Below, piece by piece: positions 7,605 to 16,175 of a stretch of 35,176 nt of DNA (its first letter is position 1; each line of letters begins with the position of its first letter). A model generated the notes under the pieces. That model was not told where the DNA came from. It made no database searches and saw only the letters and a list, made by a program, of their open reading frames with translations. This DNA comes from Deferribacteres bacterium (lineage in GTDB: Bacteria; Thermosulfidibacterota; Thermosulfidibacteria; Thermosulfidibacterales; Thermosulfidibacteraceae): contig JAADEW010000018.1 of the NCBI GenBank assembly GCA_013153205.1, forward strand, positions 1 to 35,176. Direction: 5' to 3'. The position numbers and the translations under genes are program-made.

Positions 7605-9338
7605 ATGTTCAGGCGGCTTTCCATAGGGACCAAGATAATACTTATCGTTATTCTGGGATTTTTGCTGAGCTATTTGATTAACGTTTACGTTACCAAAAGG
7701 GAATTTGTTCGCTTTGCCATAGAGAAGCTCGTTGAGCGTGCAAGGGGTGTGGCTATCGTTGCTGAAAACACCATGAAGTATGTTGATGAACTTCACAGGG
7801 AAGGGGTCTTTAACGACAGGGTTCTTGAGGAGGAGTTTAAAAAGAGCGTTGAAGCAGGTGTTCCCATTACCCAGACCAAGCTCTACAAAGCGATACCTGT
7901 GGTTGCCGGGTGGCAGGTGGCGATGAGAAGGGCTAAGGAGGCAGGCTATCAGTTCCGCGTGATAAAGCAGAACCCGAGGAATCCTGCCCATCAGCCCACC
8001 GCCTTTGAGAACGAGATGCTCAATGCGGCTAAAAAAGCCGGAAAAAATGAGATATGGCGGCTTTCCCCGGACGGCAAAAAGCTTTATTACATGCGCCTTT
8101 TGAGGCTATCCAAAAGCTGTCTCAAGTGCCACGGGAGCATAGAAGACGATGTGAACCACGATGGAGTGGATATCACCGGTGCCAGGATGGAAGGGTGGAA
8201 GGAAGGGGAGTTCCACGGTGCCTATGTCTTTATAGCTGATATGGGCAGGGTCTATCAGGAGGTCAACAGCGTCATGCTGAAGCAGATAGCCTATGGCGCC
8301 GTGGTGGTTGCTCTGGTGATACTTCTCATCTGGTTTGCCCTGAGGAAGTTGCTTTCCGAACCTGTGGCAAAGCTTGTGGAAGCCCTTGAGCTTCTTGCCG
8401 AAAGGAACCTCGGAATTGAGCTGAATCTGGATAGGGAGGACGAAATAGGAGCCATTGCTGAAAGCGTTAACAGGACCGCATCGGGTATGAGGGAAGCGGT
8501 TCTTGAGGTTAAGGAAGCCAAGGACGAGATAGAGACCAGCGTGGACAACCTTTCCGGAATTGCGGAGGAGGTGAAGAGAGGGGCTGAGGAGCAGTTTGAG
8601 CGGGTGGACCAGGTGGCAGCGGCGTCCGAGGAGTTCAGCGTAACCAGCCAGACCGTAGCCAATTCCGCCGCTTCAGTGAGGGAGAAGGCGGTTGAACAGT
8701 CGGAGAAGGTGAAGATAGGCGAGGAAGCGGTGAAGGGCATGATGGAGAAGATGAGGGAGATAGCGGAGGCGGTGGAGCATTCAGCTCAAACCATTGAAAA
8801 GCTTGGCAAATCCAGCGAGAGAATAGGCGAGATAACCAACGTCATAACGGAGATAGCCGAGCAGACCAATCTCTTGGCGCTTAACGCGGCTATTGAGGCG
8901 GCAAGAGCCGGCGAGCACGGAAGGGGCTTTGCCGTGGTGGCTGACGAGGTGAGGAAGCTTGCGGATAGAACGCAGAAGGCTACTAAAGAGATAGCAGAGA
9001 TGGTCAACAGTATAAGAAACGATTCTATGGAAGCGGTGGATAAGGTGAAGGAGGGAGTGAACAAGGTTGAAGAGGGGCTGGAGATTTCCGACAGGGTCAG
9101 CGAGGTTTTAAGCTCCATAGTGGAAGCGGTTGAGAGCATTACGGAGATGTCCCTTGAGATAACCAATGCCACCAAAGAGCAGGAGATTGCTTCCAGAGAC
9201 ATAGCCGATAACATTCAGGTTCTGGCGGATGTGGCTTCAAAGAATAAAGAGAACGCCAGAGAGATGGTAGAGGTCCTTGAATTCGTGAAGAGGGCTATAC
9301 AAAACCTGAAAAGGGTGGTTGAAAGCTTTAAGTTCTGA
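7605..9338 (+). CDS. Methyl-accepting chemotaxis protein with periplasmic Tll0287-like (DUF3365) c-type heme sensor domain
   Basis: TM1 [19 protein letters not shown]. Periplasmic region with [18 protein letters not shown]...[17 protein letters not shown], with the CXXCH at nt 8118-8132. TM2 [18 protein letters not shown], a HAMP-like segment, then the MCP hairpin tip [35 protein letters not shown]. Confidence 0.85.
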   Translation: MFRRLSIGTKIILIVILGFLLSYLINVYVTKREFVRFAIEKLVERARGVAIVAENTMKYVDELHREGVFNDRVLEEEFKKSVEAGVPITQTKLYKAIPVVAGWQVAMRRAKEAGYQFRVIKQNPRNPAHQPTAFENEMLNAAKKAGKNEIWRLSPDGKKLYYMRLLRLSKSCLKCHGSIEDDVNHDGVDITGARMEGWKEGEFHGAYVFIADMGRVYQEVNSVMLKQIAYGAVVVALVILLIWFALRKLLSEPVAKLVEALELLAERNLGIELNLDREDEIGAIAESVNRTASGMREAVLEVKEAKDEIETSVDNLSGIAEEVKRGAEEQFERVDQVAAASEEFSVTSQTVANSAASVREKAVEQSEKVKIGEEAVKGMMEKMREIAEAVEHSAQTIEKLGKSSERIGEITNVITEIAEQTNLLALNAAIEAARAGEHGRGFAVVADEVRKLADRTQKATKEIAEMVNSIRNDSMEAVDKVKEGVNKVEEGLEISDRVSEVLSSIVEAVESITEMSLEITNATKEQEIASRDIADNIQVLADVASKNKENAREMVEVLEFVKRAIQNLKRVVESFKF

Positions 9339-9424
9339 TTGGCTTGCTTCCCCTAACTTTGGACTTGCGTAATTTATCGGTTTGACATAACCTCTTTCCT
9401 AACCTGATACGTTAGGGGTCTGCG

Positions 9425-10186
9425 ATGGTTGTTTTGCTTTCTAACGATGATGGAGTGAACGCTTTTGGTCTGCATGCGTTGAGGAAGGAGCTGTCAAAGA
9501 TTGCCGATGTCTGGGTGGTGGCACCCGACAGGCAGAGAAGTGCGGCAAGCCACTCTTTGACCCTTCACAGGCCCCTCAAGGTCACCGAAATTGAGGAGAA
9601 GGTGTTTGCCGTGGACGGAACCCCGACAGATGCGGTTATTCTCGGCATCAACAAGCTTATGCCGGTTAAACCGGATATAGTGGTATCGGGGATAAACGAA
9701 GGTCCCAATCTGGGCGATGACATAACCTATTCTGGAACGGTCTCTGCCGCCATGGAAGGGACGATTCTGGGGGTGCCTGCCGTTGCCACCTCCCTTGCCG
9801 TGGCGGATTTTAAGAATTACAGAGCCGCCGCAAAGGCAGCGGTCAGAATAGTTGAGTGGGTTTGCGAAAACGGCTTGCCTGAGGGTGTTTTGCTCAATGT
9901 GAACTTTCCTGATGTCAGGGAATACAGCGACTTTAAAGGGGTCAGGTGGACCCGTCAGGGGAGGAGGATATACACCGATTACATTTACGAGTTGAAAGAC
10001 CCCCGCGGCAACGTTTATTACTGGATAGGCGGTTTTCCCGTTGAAGACCATGAGGATAACGACGACGGCGAGGAGACGGATATTGGAGCGGTGAAAAAGG
10101 GCTTTATATCCATAACCCCGGTTAAACTGGATTTGACCGACTACAGTATGCTGGAGCGGGTAAAAAACATAAAGCTGGAGCTGTGA
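9425..10186 (+). CDS. surE: 5'/3'-nucleotidase SurE
   Basis: VLLSNDDGVNAFGLHAL and SGINEGPNLGDDITYSGTVSAAMEG signature blocks. Confidence 0.9.
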   Translation: MVVLLSNDDGVNAFGLHALRKELSKIADVWVVAPDRQRSAASHSLTLHRPLKVTEIEEKVFAVDGTPTDAVILGINKLMPVKPDIVVSGINEGPNLGDDITYSGTVSAAMEGTILGVPAVATSLAVADFKNYRAAAKAAVRIVEWVCENGLPEGVLLNVNFPDVREYSDFKGVRWTRQGRRIYTDYIYELKDPRGNVYYWIGGFPVEDHEDNDDGEETDIGAVKKGFISITPVKLDLTDYSMLERVKNIKLEL

Positions 10187-10189
10187 AGC

Positions 10190-10831
10190 ATGTTTGAGGA
10201 GAGAAGAAAGGCTCTGGTTGAGCTTCTCAGAAAAAAAGGCATCAGGGACGAGAGGGTGCTTAACGCCATCCTCAGAGTTCCCCGCCATCTCTTTGTGCCG
10301 CCTGAGCTTGTGGACAGGGCATACGACGACCGCCCCCTGCCCATAGGTAAGGGACAGACCATCTCTCAGCCTTACATAGTGGCTCTTATGACTGAAGCCC
10401 TGGGAATAGACGAGGATTCCAGGGTGCTTGAGATAGGCACAGGCTCCGGATATCAGGCGGCTGTTCTGGCGGAGATAGCGAAGGATGTCTATACCGTAGA
10501 GAGAATCCCGGAGCTTTCCGAAAGGGCGAGGAAGATAATTGAGGGGTTGGGATATAAAAATGTTTTCTTCAAGGTGGGAGACGGCACCTGCGGCTGGCCC
10601 GAACATGCCCCCTATGATGCCATTATAGTAACTGCCGCATCTCCCAGAATTCCTAAGCCTCTGATAAAACAGCTTAAAGTGGGGGGGAGACTTGTAATAC
10701 CTGTGGGTAATGAATTGACACAGGAGCTTCTTAGGATTACAAAGATTACCGAAGACGGAAAGGTAGATATTGAGTCTTTGGGTGGCTGTGTTTTTGTGAA
10801 GCTGAAGGGAAAGTATGGATGGGAAGAATAG
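10190..10831 (+). CDS. pcm: Protein-L-isoaspartate O-methyltransferase
   Basis: GQTISQPYIVALMTE and the SAM motif VLEIGTGSGYQAAVLA, followed by GGRLVIPVG. Directly follows surE. Confidence 0.9.
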   Translation: MFEERRKALVELLRKKGIRDERVLNAILRVPRHLFVPPELVDRAYDDRPLPIGKGQTISQPYIVALMTEALGIDEDSRVLEIGTGSGYQAAVLAEIAKDVYTVERIPELSERARKIIEGLGYKNVFFKVGDGTCGWPEHAPYDAIIVTAASPRIPKPLIKQLKVGGRLVIPVGNELTQELLRITKITEDGKVDIESLGGCVFVKLKGKYGWEE

Positions 10832-10832
10832 A

Positions 10833-10906
10833 CGGGGCGTAGCGCAGCCTGGTAGCGCACCAGCTTCGGGAGCTGGGGGTCGCCGGTTCGAAGCCGGCCG
10901 CCCCGA
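10833..10906 (+). tRNA. tRNA-Pro (anticodon CGG), no encoded CCA
   Basis: Hand-folded cloverleaf. Acceptor CGGGGCG/CGCCCCG; D stem GCGC/GCGC with loop AGCCTGGTA; anticodon stem CCAGC/GCTGG with loop TTCGGGA (CGG at 10867-10869); variable GGGTC; T arm GCCGG-TTCGAAG-CCGGC; discriminator A. Confidence 0.9.
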
Positions 10907-10910
10907 TTTT

Positions 10911-11354
10911 ATTATCGGTGTTATAGGTGCCTCCATCGCCACCTCCCGTGATTTGGAGAATGCCTTTGCAATCGGTAAACTCATAGCACAGCTTGGGTGT
11001 GCCCTTATATGCGGCGGGCTTGGCGGGGTGATGGAGGCTGCCGCCAGAGGGGCTAAGGAGGCAGGTGGGCTGACCATCGGGGTAATCCCCGGCTACAGCA
11101 AATCCGACGCCAATCCGTATATTGACGTGCCTATTGCAACGGGACTGGGCCATGCGAGGAATGTGATAATAGCGGCTACCTCCGATGCGCTTGTGGCTGT
11201 GGGGGGTGAGTATGGAACCCTTTCTGAGATAGCCTTTTCCCTTAAGATGGGAAAGCCTGTTATATCCCTTTTCAGCTGGGATATACCCGGGGTGATAAAA
11301 GCAGGGGACCCGGAGGAGGCTTTTGCCCTTCTTAAGGAGGTCCTTTCTTGCTGA
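10911..11354 (+). CDS. LOG/SLOG-superfamily Rossmann protein (TIGR00725-like)
   Basis: IGVIGAS...[33 protein letters not shown]...[42 protein letters not shown] matches the TIGR00725/LOG-like fold pattern. The start is unresolved, because there is no in-frame ATG/GTG/TTG between the tRNA end and the conserved first strand. ATT 10911 and ATC 10914 are the only candidates. Confidence 0.6.
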   Translation: MIGVIGASIATSRDLENAFAIGKLIAQLGCALICGGLGGVMEAAARGAKEAGGLTIGVIPGYSKSDANPYIDVPIATGLGHARNVIIAATSDALVAVGGEYGTLSEIAFSLKMGKPVISLFSWDIPGVIKAGDPEEAFALLKEVLSC

Positions 11355-12172
11355 GAAGGATTGTCCTTTTCCTTTTGATTCCTGCCATCTCCTACTCGGC
11401 ACAGCTTTGCGTTTACAGGGTTAAAAAGGGGGATACCCTGCTGAAGATAGCAAAAAGATACGGGGTCAGTAAGACGAGGCTTCTGCGTCTGAACAGGGGC
11501 AACATCAGAAATCCCAATGTTCTTGTGGTTGGGCAGAGGATATTCGTTCCCTGTAAGAGGGGAGAGATTCCGAATTTCTGCGTCTATAAAGTGAAAAAGG
11601 GAGAGACCCTTATCATGCTTGCGAGAAGATTTGGCCTGTCCCTTGAGTTTATCAAGCGGGTAAACGGTATAACCAACCCTTCAAGAATCAGGGTGGGTAT
11701 GCCTTTGAGAGTCCCCTGCGAAAAGCTCGTTGAGTGGAAGATAAAGAGAAAGATAAAGCCTTACGATTCCAAGGGGATTCTCGGCGAAAAGTTTAAGCTT
11801 AAAGGGATGTGGTTCTACAATCCGCTGAAGAGAGCCACCATCGCCGTCAAAATTGCGGAAAGAATAGACATTCCCGTTAAGCGGGGAAACTACATTTACG
11901 CCACCTATAACGGGGTGGTTATATACGCCTCTTCTACCATTAACGGGCTTTCCTCTTTGGTGATAATAAAGCATCCGGGAGGGTTATACAGCATATACGC
12001 CGGAGAGAACCTGGTGTGGAAGGTGAGGGAAGGTATGCGGGTCAAAAGGGGGGCTTTTATAGGTTTTGCAAAGGCTGATACCCTGCTGCACTTTGAGATA
12101 AGGCATGGGGAAAAGCCTTTGAATCCTGAAAAATATATGATAGTTGAATCTAAAAAGACCGGTAGGGAGTGA
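11348..12172 (+). CDS. nlpD: NlpD-like protein: 2x LysM plus a degenerate LytM (M23) domain
   Basis: RBS AAGGAGG then TTG. Signal peptide, followed by two LysM repeats ([27 protein letters not shown]; [27 protein letters not shown]). The C-terminal M23-like block is GVVIYAS...[16 protein letters not shown]...[15 protein letters not shown]. The HxxxD His (AERIDI) and the first His of HxH are both missing. Confidence 0.8.
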   Translation: MLRRIVLFLLIPAISYSAQLCVYRVKKGDTLLKIAKRYGVSKTRLLRLNRGNIRNPNVLVVGQRIFVPCKRGEIPNFCVYKVKKGETLIMLARRFGLSLEFIKRVNGITNPSRIRVGMPLRVPCEKLVEWKIKRKIKPYDSKGILGEKFKLKGMWFYNPLKRATIAVKIAERIDIPVKRGNYIYATYNGVVIYASSTINGLSSLVIIKHPGGLYSIYAGENLVWKVREGMRVKRGAFIGFAKADTLLHFEIRHGEKPLNPEKYMIVESKKTGRE

Positions 12173-12175
12173 CAG

Positions 12176-13486
12176 ATGAAGATATCCGTTATTGGTGCTG
12201 GCTATGTTGGAGTGGTTACTGCCGCCTGTTTTGCAGAGTTTGGCAACGAAGTGGTCTGCGTTGATAAGGTAAAAGAGAAGGTGGAAGCCCTGTCTGAGGG
12301 GAAGATACCCTTTTATGAGCCCGGACTTGAGGAGCTCGTAAAGAAAAACCTGAAAGAGGGCAGGCTCTTTTTCACCTCGGACATTGATAAAGCCATTCAG
12401 GACGCTCTGGTCATCTTCATCGCCGTGGGAACTCCTCCCAGAGGGGATGGGTCTGCGGACCTCACCTATGTTGAGGAGGTTGCGAAAAAGATTGCTGAGA
12501 ACCTCAACGACTACAAGGTGGTGGTTACCAAAAGCACCGTTCCGGTGGGAACGGGCCACAGGATAAAAGAAATTATAGAAAAGGCGAGGAACAACAACTG
12601 CTCCTTTGACGTGGCTTCTAACCCTGAGTTTCTGCGGGAGGGCTCTGCCGTTTACGACTTCATGCATCCGGACAGGGTGGTGATTGGGACTGAGAGCGAT
12701 TCTGCAAGGGCAATTTTGAGGGACCTTTACCGGCCCCTTTATCTAAGGGATACCCCTTTTGTTTTCACTGACATAAAGACTGCAGAGCTTATAAAATACG
12801 CTTCCAACTCCTTTCTGGCTATGAAGATATCCTTCATCAACGAAATAGCCAATCTGTGCGACATAATAGGTGCGGATGTGCATGTGGTAGCTAAAGCTAT
12901 GGGGCTTGACGGCAGGATAGGTCCTAAATTTCTCCATCCGGGGCCCGGTTTCGGAGGCTCCTGTTTTCCCAAGGATACCAGGGCGCTAATCAAGATAGCC
13001 GAGGAGAGGGGGTATGACTTCAAGCTGGTTAAAGCAACCGTTGAGGTCAACGAGCTTCAGAAAGAGCGCTCTTTTCAGAAGATAAAGGACATGCTCGGCG
13101 GAAGCGTTTCGCAGAAGAGGGTTGCCCTTCTCGGCCTTTCCTTCAAGCCCAACACCGACGACATCAGGGAGTCACCTGCCATATACATAGCCAGAAGGCT
13201 GAGGGAGGAAGGGGCGTATGTAAGGGCTTTTGACCCTGCCGCCATGGACAATGCAAAAGCTGAGCTGGGGGACGAAGGGATATATTACGCCGAAAGTGCT
13301 TATGACGCCGCAAACGGTGCCCACGCAGTTGCCGTGGTTACCGAATGGAATCAGTTTAGAAACCTTGACCTTGCCCGGCTTAAAGAGGCTATGGAAGGGG
13401 ATGTGCTCGTTGATTTGAGGAACATATATGAGCCTGAAAAAGCCAGAAAAATAGGCTTTAAATATACGGGTATGGGGAGGAGTTGA
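12176..13486 (+). CDS. ugd: UDP-glucose 6-dehydrogenase (UDP-glucose/GDP-mannose dehydrogenase family)
   Basis: MKISVIGAGYVGVVTAACFA Rossmann start, NPEFLREGSAVYD, catalytic GGSCFPKD, FKPNTDDIRESPA. Confidence 0.9.
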   Translation: MKISVIGAGYVGVVTAACFAEFGNEVVCVDKVKEKVEALSEGKIPFYEPGLEELVKKNLKEGRLFFTSDIDKAIQDALVIFIAVGTPPRGDGSADLTYVEEVAKKIAENLNDYKVVVTKSTVPVGTGHRIKEIIEKARNNNCSFDVASNPEFLREGSAVYDFMHPDRVVIGTESDSARAILRDLYRPLYLRDTPFVFTDIKTAELIKYASNSFLAMKISFINEIANLCDIIGADVHVVAKAMGLDGRIGPKFLHPGPGFGGSCFPKDTRALIKIAEERGYDFKLVKATVEVNELQKERSFQKIKDMLGGSVSQKRVALLGLSFKPNTDDIRESPAIYIARRLREEGAYVRAFDPAAMDNAKAELGDEGIYYAESAYDAANGAHAVAVVTEWNQFRNLDLARLKEAMEGDVLVDLRNIYEPEKARKIGFKYTGMGRS

Positions 13487-13782
13487 TGTTTATCGTCTCC
13501 AATTTTATCAGGGCGCTGGCATACATACTGGATATGGTTTTGAAGCTCTACTTCTGGATAATAATTATAAGGGCGATTATTTCGTGGGTTAATCCTGACC
13601 CCTATAATCCCATAGTGAGGTTCCTCTATCAGGTTACCGAGCCTGTGTTGAGACCCATAAGGAGAATAATTCCGCCTATAGGTGGTATAGATTTGTCTCC
13701 CATGGTGGTGATACTGGTGATATATTTTCTGCAGATTTTTCTCGTTCCTACCCTTCTGCAGATTGCTTACAGCCTGAGATGA
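13486..13782 (+). CDS. yggT: YggT-family membrane protein
   Basis: YFWIIIIRAIISWVNPDPYNPIVRFLYQVTEPVLRPIRRIIPPIGGIDLSPMV is the classic YggT pattern. TGATG overlap with ugd; the TTG at 13483 is an alternative start. Confidence 0.85.
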   Translation: MFIVSNFIRALAYILDMVLKLYFWIIIIRAIISWVNPDPYNPIVRFLYQVTEPVLRPIRRIIPPIGGIDLSPMVVILVIYFLQIFLVPTLLQIAYSLR

Positions 13783-14057
13783 TAAGGGAAAAGCAGGGCA
13801 GGGTTTTTATTGACGTAAGGGTTCAGCCCAGAGCATCCAGAAAGAGGTATGAGTGTGCAGACGGGGTGGTGAAGCTGTGGGTTACGGCTCCACCTGTTGA
13901 CCAGAAGGCAAATGAGGCGGTTGTGGAGTTTGTGGCTGAAATCCTTTCGGTGAGAAAGAGCGCGGTCAGAATAGAGAAGGGGCTTAAATCTAAAAACAAG
14001 GTGGTGTCCGTGGAGGGACTGCCCCTTGAAAAAGTTGTGGAGAGGTTGAAATGCTGA
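13779..14057 (+). CDS. DUF167 (YggU) family protein
   Basis: About 92 aa with VRVQPRASRKR...VKLWVTAPPVDQKANEAVVEFVAEIL, typical of DUF167. Conserved yggT-yggU adjacency and an ATGA overlap. Confidence 0.8.
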   Translation: MIREKQGRVFIDVRVQPRASRKRYECADGVVKLWVTAPPVDQKANEAVVEFVAEILSVRKSAVRIEKGLKSKNKVVSVEGLPLEKVVERLKC

Positions 14058-15100
14058 AACCCGTTTATCTTACCGAAGACGACGCCGTTGCCATAATAGA
14101 CCAGAGGAGACTGCCTCTTGAAGTTGTCTGGCTCAAGCTCAGGGCGGTTTCAGAGGTGGCTGAGGCTATAAAGACCCTTGCCGTGAGGGGAGCTCCTGCC
14201 ATAGGCATTGCGGCGGCATACGGGGTTTACATTGCCGTCAAGGACTTTACTGAAGGGTATGACGCCTTTTACGAGAGGTTCAGGAAGGCTAAAAAGCTTC
14301 TTGCTTCCACCAGACCCACCGCCGTTAATCTCTTCTGGGCTCTTGATAGGATGGAGAGGGTGCTCAAAGAGAATCCCCTCCTTCCTGTCCACAAGCTTGT
14401 GAAAAAGCTGAGGGCGGAGGCCGTAAAGATTCAGGAGGAAGACCTTGAAAGCTGTATAAGAATGGGGGAACTGGGGGCTGAGCTTCTGCCGGATGGTGCC
14501 AGGGTTCTGACCCACTGCAATGCCGGTGCTCTCGCCACTGGGGGATACGGAACCGCTTTGGGGGTGGTGCGTAAGGGCTATGAAAAGGGAAGGGTGGAGC
14601 TCGTGTGGGTTGACGAAACCCGTCCACTTCTTCAGGGGGCAAGGCTCACCGCGTGGGAGATGGAATACGAGGGCATACCCTACAAGGTGGTTACCGATAA
14701 CATGGCAGGTTTCCTCATGTCCAAGGGGATGGTTGATGTGGTGATTGTGGGAGCCGACAGAATAGCGGCGAATGGGGATACGGCGAACAAGATAGGCACC
14801 TATTCTCTGGCTGTTCTTGCAAGGCACCACCGCATTCCTTTCATAGTGGCGGCACCGGTTTCAACCTTTGACCTCAGCCTCTCAAGGGGTGCCGACATTC
14901 CCATTGAGGAGAGAAATGAGCTTGAGGTTCTTGAGTTCAGAGGAGTGAGGGTTACTCCAAAGGGCGCAAAGGCTTATAACCCCGCTTTTGACGTGACTCC
15001 TTCTGAGCTAATCAGCTTTATAGTGACGGAGAAGGGAGTGATTGAGCCTCCCTTCAGTAAAAACATAGAGGCTCTTTTGAGAAATGAAGATAAGGTGTAA
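14051..15100 (+). CDS. mtnA: S-methyl-5-thioribose-1-phosphate isomerase (eIF-2B alpha/beta/delta-related family)
   Basis: IDQRRLP, AIKTLAVRGAPAIGIAAAYG, TRPTAVNLFWAL, THCNAGALATGGYGTALGV, VGADRIAANGDTANKIGTY, NPAFDVTP. Ribose-1,5-bisphosphate isomerase cannot be excluded by eye. Confidence 0.8.
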   Translation: MLKPVYLTEDDAVAIIDQRRLPLEVVWLKLRAVSEVAEAIKTLAVRGAPAIGIAAAYGVYIAVKDFTEGYDAFYERFRKAKKLLASTRPTAVNLFWALDRMERVLKENPLLPVHKLVKKLRAEAVKIQEEDLESCIRMGELGAELLPDGARVLTHCNAGALATGGYGTALGVVRKGYEKGRVELVWVDETRPLLQGARLTAWEMEYEGIPYKVVTDNMAGFLMSKGMVDVVIVGADRIAANGDTANKIGTYSLAVLARHHRIPFIVAAPVSTFDLSLSRGADIPIEERNELEVLEFRGVRVTPKGAKAYNPAFDVTPSELISFIVTEKGVIEPPFSKNIEALLRNEDKV

Positions 15101-16175
15101 AAACTGCGGTGCTCAGTATTTTATCAAGGATGAGCTCATCACCGAAAAGGGGATAAGGGTAAAGTGCGGAAAGTGCGGTTATACCTTTGTTATAAAGAAG
15201 AGAATAAGAAAAAGAGAGCTGTCCCGGACAGAGAAAAAGACGGAAAAACCCCCTTTAGTGGCAGAGCCTGAAAGGCATGAGGTGGTTGAATCCCCTGTGG
15301 AGGAAGCTGGCTCTCAGGAAGAGTCTTTGCTTCTTGAATGGAAGAGCTCGCCTTTCTCTTTGCGGCTTCTTTTCATAATTCTTGTGGTGGCTTTTCTGGC
15401 TGAGGCAACTTTTTACTTTTACAAGTATCGGCAGGTCAAAAGGGAGGAGGAATACTTCTATCTTTTGAGGAATCTGGAGTATGGGTATCTGGATGACTTT
15501 CTTCGGAATGCCGCAAAAGTGGTGAATAAAACCTCTGACCCGGTCTTCTTTTACCTTCTGGGAGAAGCCTATTACATTCTGCAGGACGAAAGATACAGGG
15601 CTTACTTTAAGAAAGCGGCTGAGCTTGTAAGCGACAGGGCGGTTAAGGGCTCTCTGCTGATAAGAGCCGGAGATGTAGCCCGCGGACTTGAGCTTTTGAA
15701 AGAGGTCCTTGTGGTGTCTGAGGGAAATCCGGTGAAGGTTAAAAACGACATGGCTGTGGGGCTTTTGAAGCTGAACGACACGCAGGGCCTTGACATACTG
15801 AAGGGCATCTCAAAGGATGTGGTGTTTGTTCCTGAGTTTAACCGCTCTGTCTATTTCCTTGAAAACCGAAGGCTTGATGAGGCGAAAAAGCTTACCGAGC
15901 ATCTTTACGGTATGTTTCCGGGGGACCCTATGCCCATGGTGAACCTTTCAGCCATCCTTATTGAGGAGAAAAAGCCCTTTGAGGCACTTCAGATTCTTCT
16001 TATGGCAAGGGGCAGACACAAGTATATGCCCCTTGTGATACACAACCTGAGGGTTGCCTACTCCATGGTCAAAAGCGAAAAGGCAAAGGTTTACGCGCAG
16101 AAAGACCTCGTGGACAGAAAAGGACCTGCGTGGGTCTCCTATCAATACCTGCTTAACCCGGAGATGAAGGAATGA
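15084..16175 (+). CDS. Membrane protein: MJ0042-type zinc ribbon, acidic linker, one TM helix, TPR-like helical repeats
   Basis: N-terminus MKIRCKNCGAQYFIKDELITEKGIRVKCGKCGYTF has two CxxC pairs. TM segment LRLLFIILVVAFLAEATFYFY, then a C-terminal helical repeat region. Function unknown. Confidence 0.6.
   Translation: MKIRCKNCGAQYFIKDELITEKGIRVKCGKCGYTFVIKKRIRKRELSRTEKKTEKPPLVAEPERHEVVESPVEEAGSQEESLLLEWKSSPFSLRLLFIILVVAFLAEATFYFYKYRQVKREEEYFYLLRNLEYGYLDDFLRNAAKVVNKTSDPVFFYLLGEAYYILQDERYRAYFKKAAELVSDRAVKGSLLIRAGDVARGLELLKEVLVVSEGNPVKVKNDMAVGLLKLNDTQGLDILKGISKDVVFVPEFNRSVYFLENRRLDEAKKLTEHLYGMFPGDPMPMVNLSAILIEEKKPFEALQILLMARGRHKYMPLVIHNLRVAYSMVKSEKAKVYAQKDLVDRKGPAWVSYQYLLNPEMKE

Noticed and set aside
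9382-9410. A sigma70 promoter for surE (TTGACA at 9382-9387)
   Set aside because: The hexamer at the 17-nt spacing is TGATAC, a poor -10 that lacks the conserved A2 and T6. It is mentioned only within the hairpin finding.
10815-10910. N-terminal extension of the LOG-like ORF starting at ATG 10815
   Set aside because: The extension is the translation of the tRNA-Pro gene and the end of pcm. A tRNA embedded in the coding region would be excised by processing, and the peptide (GVAQPGSAPASGAGGRRFEAGRP) is simply the tRNA read as codons.
9494-11077. A 527-aa ORF on the minus strand, the longest unexplained ORF in the window
   Set aside because: It runs antisense across three well-supported genes (surE, pcm, LOG-like) and straight through the tRNA-Pro gene. 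Its translation is P/S/R/G-rich with low complexity and no motif, and it has no RBS. Long stop-free antisense frames are expected from the strong sense-strand codon bias.
10833-12172. Possible genomic island integrated at tRNA-Pro
   Set aside because: There is no integrase, no direct repeat of the tRNA 3' end downstream, and no visible compositional shift. The downstream genes (LOG-like, nlpD, ugd) are ordinary chromosomal genes tightly coupled to their neighbours.
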